64,000 nucleotides of DNA from Azolla caroliniana (GCA_043228905.1 JBHGNT010000014.1:19096001-19160000), one strand, 5' to 3'. Shown: positions 13,191 through 27,000, counted from the first letter of the stretch. The notes: generated by a model not told the origin, from the letters alone. Translations and numbers: made by a program.

Positions 13191-14792
13191 ATAACTTAAT
13201 GGAACCAATAAGAAAGGGTGAGGTCATGGCTAGAGATCCTAGGACTCTCGAGTATGATGTTGTCCCTCGTACATATGAAATGTATACATATTAACCTTTT
13301 GGAGAAGGCATGTAAATATGGTTGTCACATATCGTATCATCAAAATACATGTGTTATCTTTGTAATGATATATTTAACGCTTAACACAAACATTTGAATG
13401 TTTCTTTTAGGACCCCAAATTATGTTCTCAAAACTAGTTCCTATTGGGAGAGTTAGTTAGAAAGCTTATTTTTATTGATAAGGCTTCTTTTCAAAAGGTT
13501 ATTTCACTAATTGCTGACTTTTACTTAGAAATTGATAAAATATTAGAGTGTGGGTAAAATCTTAATTATGATTACTAGGCATTTAGTGCATCTTTTTATC
13601 GTAAATTATGTTCACCATGAAATTACGTTCACTAGGAATACACAAGTACCTACCGGATATCTTTATATATACACATTATTCCTAACCTTAACATTGGGGC
13701 CAAACATGTTTCTTGGAAAATAAGTGAGCATACTTTTTGAGTTTCTTATACTCGCATGTACACATTTAAAAGCATTAGCTTAAAAATCACCAGGGGAAAT
13801 TACCAACATGTCATGAAAGACTAGTTTCCTCCTTTTACTTCGGTGAGTCTAATAATGTTCACTTTTGCGGGGTACTGAGGAAAATTTCCCAATTGCTATC
13901 TTTCAATCAGAACGGATGATATATTTTTGGTCCATGGGAAGAAACCATATTTACACCCCCCTCCCCCAATGTATATATGAAAAGTAACTACAAGAGGTAA
14001 ATATGGCTTGTTATCTCTTGTAAGGTTCTTTCTAGAAAACCAACCATCTGGTATATCTTCCCTCTTATTTTCTTTGTATGAAATGACCATTGAGTGTTCA
14101 TTTAATGCTCAAAATAGACACATACAAAACAATCTATTTTGGAGTCCTTATGTAAAAATTACATATTCTAAAACGAGGGCAGAAATGTTTGAAACCATTA
14201 CTCTCTTCTCACTTGTAAAAGAGTGGCACCACTTAGTGCAAAAACAAACATTATTGTTGTGTGCGATGCCAAAATAAAATAACATTAAAAGCAATCGTAA
14301 TTGCAGTATGTGTGACAAGCCAAATTATTCTTGATGAAACGAGAACAAAATTGTGGTTGTAACTCAAGCCATACAAGAGGTGAAGTTATAATCAGCTAGA
14401 TTTGAATATCCGACAACTAGTTAGTTATGTAATTGTTTGATGGCATCCTCTTCCAATGGTGTAGAATAGAGGAAGTTTACAAAAGTCAAATTGCATATAA
14501 AATCACTTGATGGTTTGGGATTCCATGGACACCATCCATTGGTGAAATTCTATATCATTGTCATCGTAATAGTTTCATAAAGAGAAGAAATTATTTACAA
14601 TTGAAAAAAGGATTCGGTTATACGATGTGCATTCTCCATAAGTTTGCAAGGGAGAATATATTTGTAAAGTGTTCATGGTGGATTAATATCGCGGAGACAT
14701 TTAAAACCAATATAGCGTATCATTACTCGATTGAGATGACTTTACATAATTGATGTTTATACATTTTAAATGAATTGAATATGATATCCATC

Positions 14793-16082
14793 TTCCGAGA
14801 ACCTAAGGGATGTAGACTGCAAGCCTCTCTCAAAATGGATCTTGACGATTTTGCCTCTCGTGCATACATAGCACCAACTATCCGCATTGAAGGCGTTTGT
14901 CTACCTATCAACCGAGTGATCAATCCATGCCGCAACACTCCACAATATTGTTCCTTCCACATCATATGCCGCAAGGAGGCGAGTCCCACAAACAATGTCT
15001 CAGAGTCTCAATAGTTGAAGAGCAAAGTGGGCAGCCTAATGGGCCGCCACGTTTACTCTATCCCATACCTTTTGAGCTTGAGGGCAATCCCACAAACAAT
15101 GTCTCAGAGTCTCAATAGGTGAAAAGCAAAGTGGGCGGCCTAACGGGCCGCCATGTTTACTCTATCCCATACCATTTGAGCTTGAGGGCAATCCCATAAA
15201 CAATGTGTCAGAGTCTCAATAGGTGAAGAGCAAAGTGGGCAGCCTAACGGGCTGCCACGTTTACCTAACCATTTGCTAGTGGGAACCACATTATGACCGA
15301 TCTGGCACCAAAAGAGCTTGATCTTTTCAGGCATGTGGAGACGCCAAAGACCCTTCTAAAAGGTAATGAGCACCTCATCAGGGATGCCCAATGTTCGCCA
15401 GCCACTACGTTGGGGGCCGACTAGCTCCAGTTGTAAAGTCTTGTCCAATTTAGTGATGTATTCGAAGAAATGACGGAGTTTGCCGTCATGTTTCCACTTG
15501 AAATCCCCTGGGTCCCATTCTAGTTCGGTTAGGGGACGGCAACCATATACCCATAACTTCCAATGGGGTTCCACCTTCCAGATGTTATCAATGTGCGCTA
15601 CCACTCGGATTGGGTGCCAAGAGCCCCTACTCTGACTCTCTCCAAAAACTCTATCTCTTCCCGATCCGCCCGCGTCCTTCAACAACTTAACCATTCCAGC
15701 CTCATCAAAGATGGCTTGTCAACTAGAGGACAGGGTCACAAACTCCATCTTGTGGGCATGGTGTCACGTACGACATCATTTGGTCAAGCACAACCGGAGA
15801 CACTAATCGTGTGGACTAGAAAACCATTATTTTGAAACCCTCAAGTGCGAACAAGTGACGACATGATGTTAGGGCAACTTAAAGGCCTAGCATGGGGAAA
15901 GCTGGCAGAGACAGGGCTCCACTCTATTGATGATTGGAGACGCATGGTTGCTTCAGGAGGAGCCCGGGAGGACCCATTCCCTCCCCTCAAGGGAGCAATG
16001 AAAATGCGGAGGTTGATAGCTGAGGCAGTTGACAGGGTTCCGATGGGGGAGGTGAGAGAAGATGCATGGTTCAGTCTCTTTG
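14793..16082 (-). mobile_element. Duplicated partial copy of the L1 LINE (lacks its 3' end)
   Basis: Copy of 11025-12314 created by the tandem duplication; the breakpoint lies inside ORF2. Confidence 0.85.
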
Positions 16083-16685
16083 ATACACTACTTGAAGCTT
16101 ACTGTATTGGACAAGTTTAAGAATACAATTATTGTGGCATGTGCATTAGCCTCCCCATATTTGCCAAAAGTATTGTGTACCCATTATGACAAGACATTGC
16201 ATTGCAAATGTCTTTGATAAAAAAATTTGTTCAAGGCCATTGTGACGCTACATTGCAAATATCTAAATCTTGATAGCCAAATTTGTGTGGTGAGCATGTT
16301 ATTGGTGGTAACTTCTATTGTACTATGAAGGTTTTTTTGGTGTTTAGGTTTTAAATCCCACTGGGTTAATAAAGCCTCAAACTATCAAGGGGGGCACTTG
16401 GTCAACAATTTCCAAATTAATGAGGGGGAAAGCTTTTCTGGTAAAAATAAAAGGTGCCTTGTCAATCTTCAAAGTTCACACTAACAAGCATCATTTATTT
16501 TTTTATATGATATTTGATGTGTCCAAAAAAGTGTTAGGAACATATTGACATTTGCGAAATATGAGATAGGCACGTGGCGACAATGAACTAAAATGAACTA
16601 GAGCCATAGTAACCCAAACTTTCACCCAAGAGAATAGACATCTATGTATACATGCTTGTGGAGCTTCATAACTTAATGGAACCAA

Positions 16686-16958
16686 CCCCCATGTTGGCTA
16701 TTTCCTACTCACCTGCCCCCCTCTCTTTGTTGTAGGCCCCAAGAGCCAACTCGTACTAGGCAACATTGAAGGGCATCGCCTTGGATATAGGTAGCTTCTT
16801 ACATTAAGTTAGGCCGCAATGCATTGTAAGTAGGCTCATCTTCTTTTACTTGATCGGAGGAAGACTCCCCGATGTGTGTATAAGTCTCCTTGTAGACTCT
16901 CTATGTAATAATCCTTCCTAACTAATGGGAAAGTAGCTTCATTTTGGAAAAAAATAAA
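16686..16958 (+). mobile_element. Second copy of the short TSD-flanked LINE 3' end
   Basis: Same as 12918-13190 including TSD (offset 3768). Confidence 0.9.
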
Positions 16959-19900
16959 ATAACTTAATGGAACCAATAAGAAAGGGTGAGGTCATGGCTA
17001 GAGATCCTAGGACTCTCGAGTATGATGTTGTCCCTCGTACATATGAAATGTATACATATTAACCTTTTGGAGAAGGCATGTAAATATGGTTGTCACATAT
17101 CGTATCATCAAAATACATGTGTTATCTTTGTAATGATATATTTAACGCTTAACACAAACATTTGAATGTTTCTTTTAGGACCCCAAATTATGTTCTCAAA
17201 ACTAGTTCCTATTGGGAGAGTTAGTTAGAAAGCTTATTTTTATTGATAAGGCTTCTTTTCAAAAGGTTATTTCACTAATTGCTGACTTTTACTTAGAAAT
17301 TGATAAAATATTAGAGTGTGGGTAAAATCTTAATTATGATTACTAGGCATTTAGTGCATCTTTTTATCGTAAATTATGTTCACCATGAAATTACGTTCAC
17401 TAGGAATACACAAGTACCTACCGGATATCTTTATATATACACATTATTCCTAACCTTAACATTGGGGCCAAACATGTTTCTTGGAAAATAAGTGAGCATA
17501 CTTTTTGAGTTTCTTATACTCGCATGTACACATTTAAAAGCATTAGCTTAAAAATCACCAGGGGAAATTACCAACATGTCATGAAAGACTAGTTTCCTCC
17601 TTTTACTTCGGTGAGTCTAATAATGTTCACTTTTGCGGGGTACTGAGGAAAATTTCCCAATTGCTATCTTTCAATCAGAACGGATGATATATTTTTGGTC
17701 CATGGGAAGAAACCATATTTACACCCCCCTCCCCCAATGTATATATGAAAAGTAACTACAAGAGGTAAATATGGCTTGTTATCTCTTGTAAGGTTCTTTC
17801 TAGAAAACCAACCATCTGGTATATCTTCCCTCTTATTTTCTTTGTATGAAATGACCATTGAGTGTTCATTTAATGCTCAAAATAGACACATACAAAACAA
17901 TCTATTTTGGAGTCCTTATGTAAAAATTACATATTCTAAAACGAGGGCAGAAATGTTTGAAACCATTACTCTCTTCTCACTTGTAAAAGAGTGGCACCAC
18001 TTAGTGCAAAAACAAACATTATTGTTGTGTGCGATGCCAAAATAAAATAACATTAAAAGCAATCGTAATTGCAGTATGTGTGACAAGCCAAATTATTCTT
18101 GATGAAACGAGAACAAAATTGTGGTTGTAACTCAAGCCATACAAGAGGTGAAGTTATAATCAGCTAGATTTGAATATCCGACAACTAGTTAGTTATGTAA
18201 TTGTTTGATGGCATCCTCTTCCAATGGTGTAGAATAGAGGAAGTTTACAAAAGTCAAATTGCATATAAAATCACTTGATGGTTTGGGATTCCATGGACAC
18301 CATCCATTGGTGAAATTCTATATCATTGTCATCGTAATAGTTTCATAAAGAGAAGAAATTATTTACAATTGAAAAAAGGATTCGGTTATACGATGTGCAT
18401 TCTCCATAAGTTTGCAAGGGAGAATATATTTGTAAAGTGTTCATGGTGGATTAATATCGCGGAGACATTTAAAACCAATATAGCGTATCATTACTCGATT
18501 GAGATGACTTTACATAATTGATGTTTATACATTTTAAATGAATTGAATATGATATCCATCTTGTATAACATTATAAGTGCTTGTTCATTTGTAAAATTTT
18601 CCAATGTTTGCATATATTGCATTCGAATGTTAAGCCATATAAGCTTAATCAAATATATCGAGTATGTGCTGCTTAAACTGCTTTCCTCCGTCCAATGCAC
18701 AAGATCATTTGAAGTTTACATGTTTAGTATTAAACCTGCATTGATCACATCCCAAGTTCCATGGAGCTTTAAGTTCAACCATGGTTTGAGATTAAGGGAT
18801 AATGATGAAAATGGCTGATATCATACCAAAACATGGTTGAAGTGTAGGAGTCGAAAAATGTTAAAAAAAGTTCAACCCTCAAACCATACAAAGAAATTTG
18901 TAGGCATATCATTGAAGAACGACCACCTACCTTTTTAGGATCCCACCGTTCAAAGTGGGTGTAAAGTCAAAGGAAGGCAGTTGGTAATGCCATGGACACA
19001 ATCTATTGGCTAGACGATATATTATTTTAGTATTCGGTAAAGAGAGTATGTCATCTATAGTTGGAAATGTAGGTTATAAAGGAGGGCGATGATATACATC
19101 TCCATACTTATCGATTGATTTTTTTGTGGACAGAGCAGCTCAATAGACACAGTAAGGTTTTCCAAAACATAAATGCAAATCTAACCCATGGATGCATATG
19201 TTTACCATGCAGTCAAGTCATCATAGAAATGGTTGCATGAAGTCATGAAACAACAAAGAAATAAAGTGCAGAACCAAATAGCTCAAAGGGAAGACAACAA
19301 TGGTGCAAAACATGAGATATGGTTGAAAGGCCCCCAAAGAGAAAAAGTAGTCTCCTCAAGATGTTCTTTGCATAGGAACATGTCTTACTTGTACCTCTAC
19401 ACATTTTTGGTTGCGTAACTTTTGGTGTAATATGAAGTTTGTTTCTTGATTGGGATCTGAGTCCCACCTAGTCAATAAAGTCATGGATCGCCAAGAGAGT
19501 ACTTTCTAGGTTAAAGAAACATGAAGGGATGGTGCTTGATAAGAACTCTTTAACTAAATATCTAAAGAGTTTAAGGTGAGTTATGGTTTGCTAGGTATAT
19601 TTCAAACCAACATAGCCTATCATGATCGAGTGTGATTATTGCGCACATTATGAAGGAAACATGCATATGTCGTGTAGACGTTGGATGTCCTTAATTGGTA
19701 CACATCCTATATTGCAAATAAATGCTCCACCATCTTAGGTAGAATAATGCCAAAGGTTAAATATTTTTGTTGTTTCATATGTTGGTTTAGGGAGTTACAT
19801 CACAGTTTAGCCAGTTAAATATTGTGGATCTCTCTCCCTCTCTCTCTCTCTATTGATCTAATTTCAACCGAAGTTACAATCAATTTCCATGAGCTTATAA

Positions 19901-21859
19901 GTTCAACCATGTAATGGTAGGTTCGATTTTCAAGCTCAACCATGAAAATGTGTTGACTCGTGTATAAATGCAAGCATAATGCAAGTGAAGTGTAAACCTT
20001 GGAAAGGCTTTGATTTAGCTCGGAGAATAATATTGACAAAAGGGAAATTGACATAAATACCCCTCCTCTCTATACGGGCCAAATATATGACTATTGTGTC
20101 CAATATTGTCCATCATATAAGAAATACCCCCCAACAAACAATAGAAAGACGATGGTATTACTCTTTATAAACCTAGACCTTGATTAATTCATTTCAATCA
20201 TGCAACACAACTTTTGGAGATAATCATTTAAACATTGATGCAAACCGCATCTATTTGAGTTCCCTAATTAAGTTTACTTTATACTCCAAGCTAACTAAAT
20301 GTTAGGTTTCATCATATCTAATAAAATTACTGTAATTTCTTCAATTCTAATAAGGTTAGGTGATATTAGCTCAAAAAGTTCTCCTCATAGTCTTTTCCTA
20401 GGGTTTGAGCAACACAACTTTAGTGCCATGGAAATCTATCAAGGGGTAGTTGTGGTATTGTGGACCACTATTTGGGGTGTGACTTTATTGTTATCACGGG
20501 TGGGGTATTTATGTTATCCCGTAAAGATTTGAGGGGGGGGCAGTTTTTACATGCACCATAGAATTTAACGTATATTTTGGGTGGGTAGGAGGGGAGGAGT
20601 GTTCCTTTCATGGTATAAAGGTTTATGCAAATGACGATACTAGAAAAATGATTATACAATGCAAATTATACCTAACATGTTTGAAAATACGACCTTGTTC
20701 GCACAAAGCAAATATGAAGGAGTCCAAATAAAATATGATATTATTGATGTGATCATATAATTCTACGACATGTGTACTAAAATAAACAACTATTTTTACA
20801 AAATGCTTTCATCAACGTATATAGTATCTTGTTCAATATGTTGATTTACACAGAAGGATATGCTTATCCCCGTCAAACCTATTGTGAACATCTTGTAAGT
20901 TACATTCGTGCATGGCATCAAGCAATCTATAAGAGCAATTGAGGATTCGAGAATAAGCCAAATGCAAACACCTAGTGTATGAATAATAAAAAAAGGGTGC
21001 AACTTTAGTATAATTGTCAACTATTTACGTGGAAAATCATTTGGAGGGTTCCAAATGTGGTTGTATTCCAAAATATTGGTCTTGACATGATTGTCCTTAT
21101 TGTTGAAAGTGAGTTTGTCCTTGGATGTTGTTGAGAGAAAAATTGAACACTTTTTGTGGACATTGACCCAAGTGCGTACATTTGAACCTTCTAATATATT
21201 TTGTTCGGCTTGCTTGCTTCCTTTGAAATACTAAGCTCCAAACTTTCTAGTTTAGTTGATTTTTTGTCCAACCTAAACAACATTGACGAGAAGCCGCAAA
21301 CATCATAGTTTATGTAGGAAAGGATTTTGGACCACATTAACCGTACGTTTACATGATCTAAACCTAGGGCTTTAGACTTAGACGCATTCTGAAATTTCTA
21401 AAATCGTGCTCACAAAAAATGTAATGTTAAATAGTGGCCTTTTGTGGATGATGTTAAAAAAGTTATACAAGTAGTTGGAAGTCACACGCTTCATCGTGAT
21501 ATGTGTTATAATATTAAGAGGATAAAGCGAAGGCACTAACTATGTTGCATGAACATTAAAACCTTTTATTTATTTTCTCTTAATATGTGCTATAATGCTT
21601 GCATATGCGAGCCAACCAGTACAAAATGACACGTTATTAGGACATGAAATGGAATTACACGACAAATTCTGATAAGAATGATGTGAAAATAAGCTAATGC
21701 AACTAGTTTCAAAGATGTAAAGCCCCGTAGTAGCATAAAATATATAATGCATTGCTTATCGTTGGTTGTGATAGATAGATAGGATTCACTCCTTAGGAAT
21801 TATTTTTCTAAACAAAGTGCTCACGAGTCACATGCATGGTTTTGAGAGAGATAGAGAAA

Positions 21860-22480
21860 GAGTAAGAAAGATATATTAACGTCTTTTAAGAGGCTTAAAT
21901 AGCTTATAATACCAAACAATAGATTACATCTTAAGTGTGTGTGACAAAGAGTGAGAGAGAGATTTTTTAATGGCTTTAGAGGATGTCCCTCTACTTGGCA
22001 TAGGTAGAGAAGTTGTGATAGTGGGGTTTACAGGCAATTAATATAATTGTGTGATTGAGAGAGAGAGAGATTTTATTATTGTTGTGGTACGTCAAATATG
22101 ATGTATGGGAGCAAAGGAGAACGCATTTCGTCATAACATGTGTGGAGTTCGTAAGTGGCTCCCACAGCCTGAACCCTTTTTTCTCTTTTTGTTGCGAGAT
22201 TGGCGAGCAGGGGGAGAGGAGGAGGGGGGAGCTTTTAGATACGAACTTGCAAACATTAGGCAAGAAAGAGTTTGTACGCAAGGTGATGGATACGTGTATG
22301 AAGGGACGATAGGTGGGGTTGTTCTACAAGACGTTTTCTCGATGGGTCCGATGGGAAGGGGATAGATATCTTTTAAACGTCCACAGGAGATCGACTATGA
22401 TTTGGGAGATGCAAAGAGTGTATGAAGCCAAGGTCGGGGTTTGTGAAGGGGACAGTTTTGGGCAGGGCGGACAAAAGCGC
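21860..22480 (-). mobile_element. Degenerate RTE-clade LINE 3' fragment
   Basis: Begins with GAAAG-ATATATTAACGTCTTTTAAGAGGC, the same terminus as the large RTE at 47690; decayed C-terminal Cys/His region on the minus strand. Confidence 0.6.
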
Positions 22481-22814
22481 GAGCGAGCGAGCGAGTGAAG
22501 AAAGAAAGAGAGAGAAAGAAAGAAAGAGAGAGAGAAATATTAACATCTTCTAAGGCCAAAATTGGGATAGAGAGACGGGAGAGGGCATATGATGAATGGA
22601 ATGAAGTAGCATCGTGTGGTCGAAATTGTCATTGGTTTTCTTTGGGCTCGTACGACCTCATATATACTACCTATGCTACTGGAGTGGTGGTCGAAGAAGG
22701 AGAAGAAGAAGGAATGGCAATGGCAATGGCAATGGCTACCAACAACAAATGAGATGGATGGGTGACCAAGGGAAAGAGCCTCCCCTGAATCTGAAAAGGC
22801 ATTGTATATGCATG

Positions 22815-23270
22815 CATGTATGTATGTATGTATGTATGTATGTATGTATGTATGTATGTATGTATGTATGTATGTATGGTACACACACATGCCATGCATG
22901 GCTTGTATTACAATGATTGGATGGATGGGGATGACCCCACACTTCATTCCATCACATGCATCAAATGATGTATATGATGATGATCATAAAGAAGAAAGAA
23001 GGCAATGAGCAGCAGCATGACTTGGATCCATGTCTTCACACACATCCATCCATATCTCTTCTCTCTCTCTCTCTCCTCTCTCCTCTCTCTTCTGTCTCTG
23101 TCTCTGTCTCTCTTTCTATCTCTGTCTCTGTCTCTCTCCCTTTTCTCCACACATTTCTTTTATACAAATTTCCTTCTACAAAATACAGCATATGTCTGTA
23201 TGCCTACATGTATGTATGTACATGATATACATTTATACGTATACGTATACGTATACATGTATGTATGTAT
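22815..23270. repeat. Microsatellite cluster (ATGT)n, (CT)n/(CTGTCT)n, (TATACG)n upstream of MCU
   Basis: Direct reading: 22815-22877, 23058-23140, 23234-23270. Confidence 0.95.
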
Positions 23271-23489
23271 TCTTGTCTGGAATACAAAAGGAGAGTCCTT
23301 CAAACCTCCCAATTTCATCTTCATCTTTCCTTTCATCTTCCTGCTTCTGCATCCTCCTCTGTTTCCTCCTCTGCTTCTTCACCTGCATTTCCTTCAAAAA
23401 AAAAATTATTTGTTTCTTTGGCATTGATCCCTGCATTGGTGGGCAGTTTTTTTTATTTACCTTATCCTAATCCCTGTGGCTTTCATTGA
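23265..23489 (+). CDS. Candidate uORF, 74 aa with one predicted TM segment, in the putative MCU 5' leader
   Basis: ATG...TGA between a CT-rich leader and a putative 5'UTR intron (GT 23544, AG 24326); KKK followed by LFVSLALIPALVGSFFYLP. The ATG lies in an ATGT repeat, so it may be spurious. Confidence 0.3.
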   Translation: MYSCLEYKRRVLQTSQFHLHLSFHLPASASSSVSSSASSPAFPSKKKLFVSLALIPALVGSFFYLPYPNPCGFH

Positions 23490-24621
23490 TCCTAATCTCC
23501 TCCTCCTCCTCCTCCTCCTGCATTATTAGCATCTCTTGATAAGGTAGAATTTGAAGCATTTCTCTTCCCCTCCACTCATCAAATCTCTGTATGCAAATCA
23601 GCTTAAATACACCAGAAATTTGAACCCCCCCCCCCCTTTCCAGAAAATCTCTGAAAGCAGTCAGTATAATTCTCGCGTTTTAAGAACAGTCTCCCTTGTT
23701 TCCTTTCCTTTCTTAGTTTCAATTTCTTGCCTGTTTTTGCTCTTTTTCTGAGCTTGTTCCAAACAGTTTCTCATTTTTATTATTTTTTGTGTGTGTCCCT
23801 TTACCTCTGATTCTCCGAGAAAAGAGAAGGAGTAAGAAGATAGAAAGGAAGAAGAAGCTTTCTTCTATATTGATTGTTCGGAAGGAAGGTTCTCATTTCT
23901 GTTCATTTGCCCCCATTTCTCCGAGGGGAGAAGAAACAAGGAAGAAGAGCTTCTTCCATTTCTCTACATGTATGTACACAAAACTCTCTCTCTCTCTCTC
24001 TCTCTCACCATCTGGTAATTTTCGAAATCTAGGGCAGTCTCTGTGTGTGTTTCTTCCTTTCATTCGTTCTTTAGTTCCCACGTTCTCTTCTTAATCCACT
24101 GTGGATATGAAGACATAAATTTACATATTTCTGCAATGTTTTGTTTGTGTGGTAAGAAGGTCAATAAATGTTGCTGCTACATATCTTTCCACGAGCAAAT
24201 TTTGATGTTAATGAAACAGTCACCTCATTTTACTATGTCTGTGAAATGTCAGTCTTTCAATGTACTAGCAGACCTATTAACTTCGGATTTCAGCTAAATT
24301 CCCCCTGTTTTGAATTTTTATTTTAGGGTTTCCAGTTTGCAGTCAGAAGAACAAGGAAGACCCTTCACAAGATTTGATTCGGAAAAAGGAACAAGACAAG
24401 AAAAAATATATTAACGTGTCCATATTGGAGTCAAATATCAGAAGAAGAAAACTTTCAGGATTTCCATTTTTAGATCCAGCAGAAGAAGAAGAAGAAGAAG
24501 AAGAAGAAGAAGATAAATAGGAGCCCTAATAAAATATTAGGGAACCCATTTTGGATTCAAAAAGAGGAAGAGAAAAGAACCCTAATAAAATATTAGGGTT
24601 TCCTTTTTGGGGAAGTTTGGG

Positions 24622-26286
24622 ATGCAAAAAATGGCATCAAGGAAGGCTCTAGTTGGGTTAATAAACCATGCAACCAAGGCTGTTGCAGCCAACAAAGGTA
24701 TTGTGGGATCAAAATCTAATCCATATTATCATCATAATCTTCACCACAATGCATTTTCGGGAAGAATAGGTTCCATATATAACCTTAATCAGAAGCATTT
24801 TTGTGTTAATGTCTCTCCTCTTTCTCATAATACCAAAGATCACAAAGGAGGAGATGATAATACTAATGATAATGTCAAGAACACAAGAGAAGCAGCTGAT
24901 GGTAATACTAATGATAGTTGTAAGAATGAAAAAAGGGGGGGAGGATTTCCTCTATCTAATGATGAAACTCGCCTTCTACTCAAACATATCAAAGTAGATG
25001 ATTTCAAGAAGAAACTGGTTAATATCGGAACTCAAAACCGAAAAGGAGGGGATTATATTGCTCTTCATGATGCCATAAACCTCTGTAAAGAAACAGGGGC
25101 TGCAATCACGGATAGGGAAGCTGAAGAAGTGATCAAGAAGCTCGATGATGCTGGAGTTATACTTATTTTCCGAAAACGAATCTTCCTTGAACCTCAAAGG
25201 GTATGTATACATAGGCATTTATGTAGCTGTTTAATTCCTATTTCATTCTTCTTAGGGTAGTGGCCACCGGTTGGTTTATGGCACACACATGATGTTTTCA
25301 TTATATTCATGTATACTTGAGTTTGTCAGAATGTTATGTTTATATTTGTCCAACCAATTTCAAGACCACTCTCATCAAGGTCATTAACTATTTAGTTGTA
25401 CATGTGGGAGGAGCCATAGGAGAAAACTTAAACCCTAAATCTAGCTGGGTAGTTTTGTTTTTAGAATGCTGAATATTGTGCTCTGCGATAATTGTGCATA
25501 CGTGTACTTAACATAGGGGCATACATGATGCATATATATATTTCCTGACTACATATCATAAGTAGTTTGATGTATGCATTTTAGTCATGCATACATCGAG
25601 ATAGTCATTATGTATGGTATGGTGCTCTAGTAAACCATCCCCAGAAAAGTAGATGACCATGGACAGGGAAATGGTTCCTTTTTTCACCGTTAGTTTGTCT
25701 AGATAATGAAAGGTCTAAATGCACTAACTTCTGGCTGGATATGCAACGTTTTCAATTTGTTTTCTCGTTCTTGTTTCTAAAAAAATTGGAATCTCAATTT
25801 GGGCTTTTGTTGAACCTTTATATTGTGTAGGTTGCAGAGATACTATCAAAGGCCATCCCATTACAATTGACTCATGATGATGAAGATGATCCGAGGAAGC
25901 AAGAGCTTGTGCGGCTTGAAAAGGAGAAAGCCGAGATAGATAGGATCGCTCAGAAGCAAGTAAGGAATACGCTATGGATGGCGTTAGGTGGTTTCACTGC
26001 ACAATCGGCACTCTTCTTCCGCCTCACGTTTTGGGATCTCTCGTGGGATGTTATGGAACCCATCACATTCTTTGTTACATCGAGTAGTCTCTTGGTGGGT
26101 TTCTTCTTCTTCGTTATTACGAATCGAGACCCATCATATCGAGACTTGATGCGAACACTCCTTACATCAAAACAAAAGAAGCTCATGAAGAAGAGGAACT
26201 TCGACCTCGAGAGGCTGAAGGAGCTCCAAATGCAGCATTGTTTGCCTCAGTATGAGAATGTTAGCCATTCATTTCCGTCATTCTGA
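24622..26286 (+). CDS. MCU: Mitochondrial calcium uniporter (DUF607/MCU family), 2 coding exons
   Basis: Exons 24622 (or 24631)-25200 and 25831-26286, phase-0 GT-AG intron. LDDAGVILIFRKRIFLEP in the N-terminal domain, coiled coil, two TM helices around FRLTFWDLSWDVMEPITFF (DVME selectivity filter); basic N-terminal presequence. Confidence 0.95.
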
Positions 26287-26769
26287 CTCCACCATAGATA
26301 GGAAAGATTCAAACCCGGGTTAGATGTTCCTCCCTGCCCACAAGAAAGGTGTTTAACAGTAGTGAAAGTGCTCTTTGAACATCCTCTTCATGTTCACAGA
26401 ACAATATGCCCAATCTTATGGAGATTATTATATACTTGCCTATTTAGAAGGTTTTGCTTCGACAATGTGCTTATGAGAAATGTGTATCAAGACTACACTA
26501 AAAACCAGTATAAAGAACCTAATCAAAGATTAGAATTGCTTGAAATGATGAACAATTGCTATATACTTAATTGATCAGCTTTCATGCTTTATGACTTGTT
26601 TGTAAATGGACCCACTGAAAGAATCTTGTAATTGCAGAGGTACCTTTTTTTTTTTGTAGTGGGTTTATGTACAACTTCTCTAATATATGTAATGAATGAG
26701 ATTTGGTAAGAATCATAAGAGCTGGTTGACATGTCTTATGATTGGGGTATTATTGGATGGAGATGGCTG

Positions 26770-27000
26770 TAACCTCATGATCTTGATGTTTTGGCCTTGC
26801 TTGGGTTTGTTGACCATGAACACATGCATTTTGTGGTAGTGTAGTGAGGTCATTATTGATGCACGAGAAAAAGGGTATCCTTCAATAGATGCCTATAACC
26901 TCATGATCTTGGTCTCTTTTTGGCCTTTCCTTAGATTCACCATGAAAACGTGCGGTTTGTAGTGTCGTGAAGCTATTTTATTAATGCACTAAAAAAGGGT
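26770..27000 (+). repeat. Two diverged tandem copies of about 125 bp
   Basis: TAACCTCATGATCTTG...TTGGCCTT...ACCATGAA...ATGCAC..AAAAAGGGT at about 26770 and 26896. Confidence 0.8.

Larger units (their letters stand above)
11025..18560 (+). repeat. Tandem direct duplication, 2 x 3,768 bp (11025-14792 and 14793-18560)
   Basis: All ORFs lying wholly inside repeat with identical translations at offset 3768; spot checks found no mismatch; junction ...GATATCCATC|TT|CCGAGAACC has TT microhomology. Confidence 0.97.

Noticed and set aside
18560-21800. Possible further LINE or DNA-transposon remnants
   Set aside because: Only faint, stop-riddled resemblance; boundaries cannot be supported.
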